A DNA stretch of 52,185 nt, counting the filler, from Stramenopiles sp. TOSAG23-3 (lineage: Eukaryota), in the NCBI GenBank assembly GCA_900128585.1. It is 4 parts of 4 records of this genome, joined end to end, with 100 filler letters (N's around TTAATTAATTAA, not from the genome) between each part and the next. Parts side by side here need not be neighbours in the genome. Positions count along the whole stretch, not along the records: positions 50,174 to 52,185 come from LT645152.1; 3 more parts are not named here. One strand, given 5' to 3'. Position 1 is the first letter of the stretch. Each line of letters opens with the position of its first letter. Of this stretch, positions 51,382-52,185 are shown piece by piece. A program made the position numbers and the translations under genes. Under the pieces are notes generated by a model. It saw nothing but the letters and a program-made list of their open reading frames with translations, ran no database searches and was not told the origin of the DNA.

Positions 51382-52185
51382 TCACTGCCTTCTTTGTTGC
51401 AAAATTAATATTCCCCATCCGGTAGCAATACCTGCTAGCAAATGTTTTAGTGTATGACCGCTCACCGTTCTGCCCGTTAAGGCAAACACCTGCTTATCGA
51501 ACTTTTCTGTCATCTTTGCCAAAGCATAGAAACCAAGAGAGACAAAGATCTGTTTGTAGTTTTCATAACGGACGCGTTCCGAGAACAAAATATAATAAAC
51601 GGGAATGGTGAGAAGGAAGTACCCTTGGACGAATGCGTAAATGCGAAGGTCATCTGTGAACGCCCAATAGACAACAGAAAATACGCTAAAACTCACCAGC
51701 CCCAAGAGCAGCCGAACGTCTTGATAACCGGCTGTCTCGTCCAGAACGATGTAGTACAACGACCCAAATGCAATGCTCATCGGCAATCTGTCCCAGACTA
51801 GTCTTTGGCTGTTCGGCCTCCAGTGGTAGTAACCGGAACCCGCAGCCACGAGCGCGATAGCTGCAAAGTAGATTATCCACCCCTCCCGCTCGTACGGTGC
51901 CTGAAACGTAGGGGGCTCAATGTTGTATGCCTTTGAGAGGGGGCCTGTGTATATGAAGTCCCCACCGAGCAAGCCAACAAATAGAAAGGGAATATTACTC
52001 GCGACGTCAAACGTATTAGGAACACAACAAAAGCATCGGTTGTCTGCAAAGTTGTGAAAGAGCTGCGACTGTGGTATTTTATCAACGTTGTGAAGGATAG
52101 CAATTAGAACCCCGAGACTCAAACCAATCATACCACGCTTACGCTCATCGACGCTCAAGTTCTTGTGCTTTGACCAAACACAAAA
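51382..52185 (-). CDS. Alkaline ceramidase-like (CREST superfamily) membrane hydrolase; 5' end outside the window or in an upstream exon
   Basis: IPQ..FHNFADNR..PNTFDVASNIPF, GSGYYHW, LVWDRLPM, SGHTLKH motifs; several TM helices; no in-frame start ATG before the window edge. Confidence 0.85.
   Translation of the reverse strand, partial: FCVWSKHKNLSVDERKRGMIGLSLGVLIAILHNVDKIPQSQLFHNFADNRCFCCVPNTFDVASNIPFLFVGLLGGDFIYTGPLSKAYNIEPPTFQAPYEREGWIIYFAAIALVAAGSGYYHWRPNSQRLVWDRLPMSIAFGSLYYIVLDETAGYQDVRLLLGLVSFSVFSVVYWAFTDDLRIYAFVQGYFLLTIPVYYILFSERVRYENYKQIFVSLGFYALAKMTEKFDKQVFALTGRTVSGHTLKHLLAGIATGWGILILQQRRQ

Overview
Gene-dense, nearly intron-free eukaryotic DNA, probably from a flagellated protist such as a stramenopile (inferred from DNMT5, CCDC57, a centrosomin CM1 protein and a mitochondrial gamma-CA; the taxon cannot be fixed from sequence alone). 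Mid-GC coding blocks are separated by very AT-rich spacers with long GAA/CTT tracts. There are four assembly gaps, three of them artificial N44-TTAATTAATTAA-N44 joins, so neighbourhood across 23961-24060, 47955-48054 and 50074-50173 is unreliable. About 17 genes are supportable. Highlights: (1) a single-module, membrane-bound Pls/PosA-type NRPS (homo-poly(amino acid) synthetase architecture) on one contig between two centrosomal genes, with an A-domain pocket suggesting a basic/diamino substrate; (2) a RING-less DNMT5 (C5-MTase + SNF2) with a Tudor-like N-terminus; (3) a secreted TPR-TylF-DUF268 double-methyltransferase fusion with a possible non-canonical intron; (4) several small dispersed repeat families in the spacers, one found only between convergent genes and two MITE-like.
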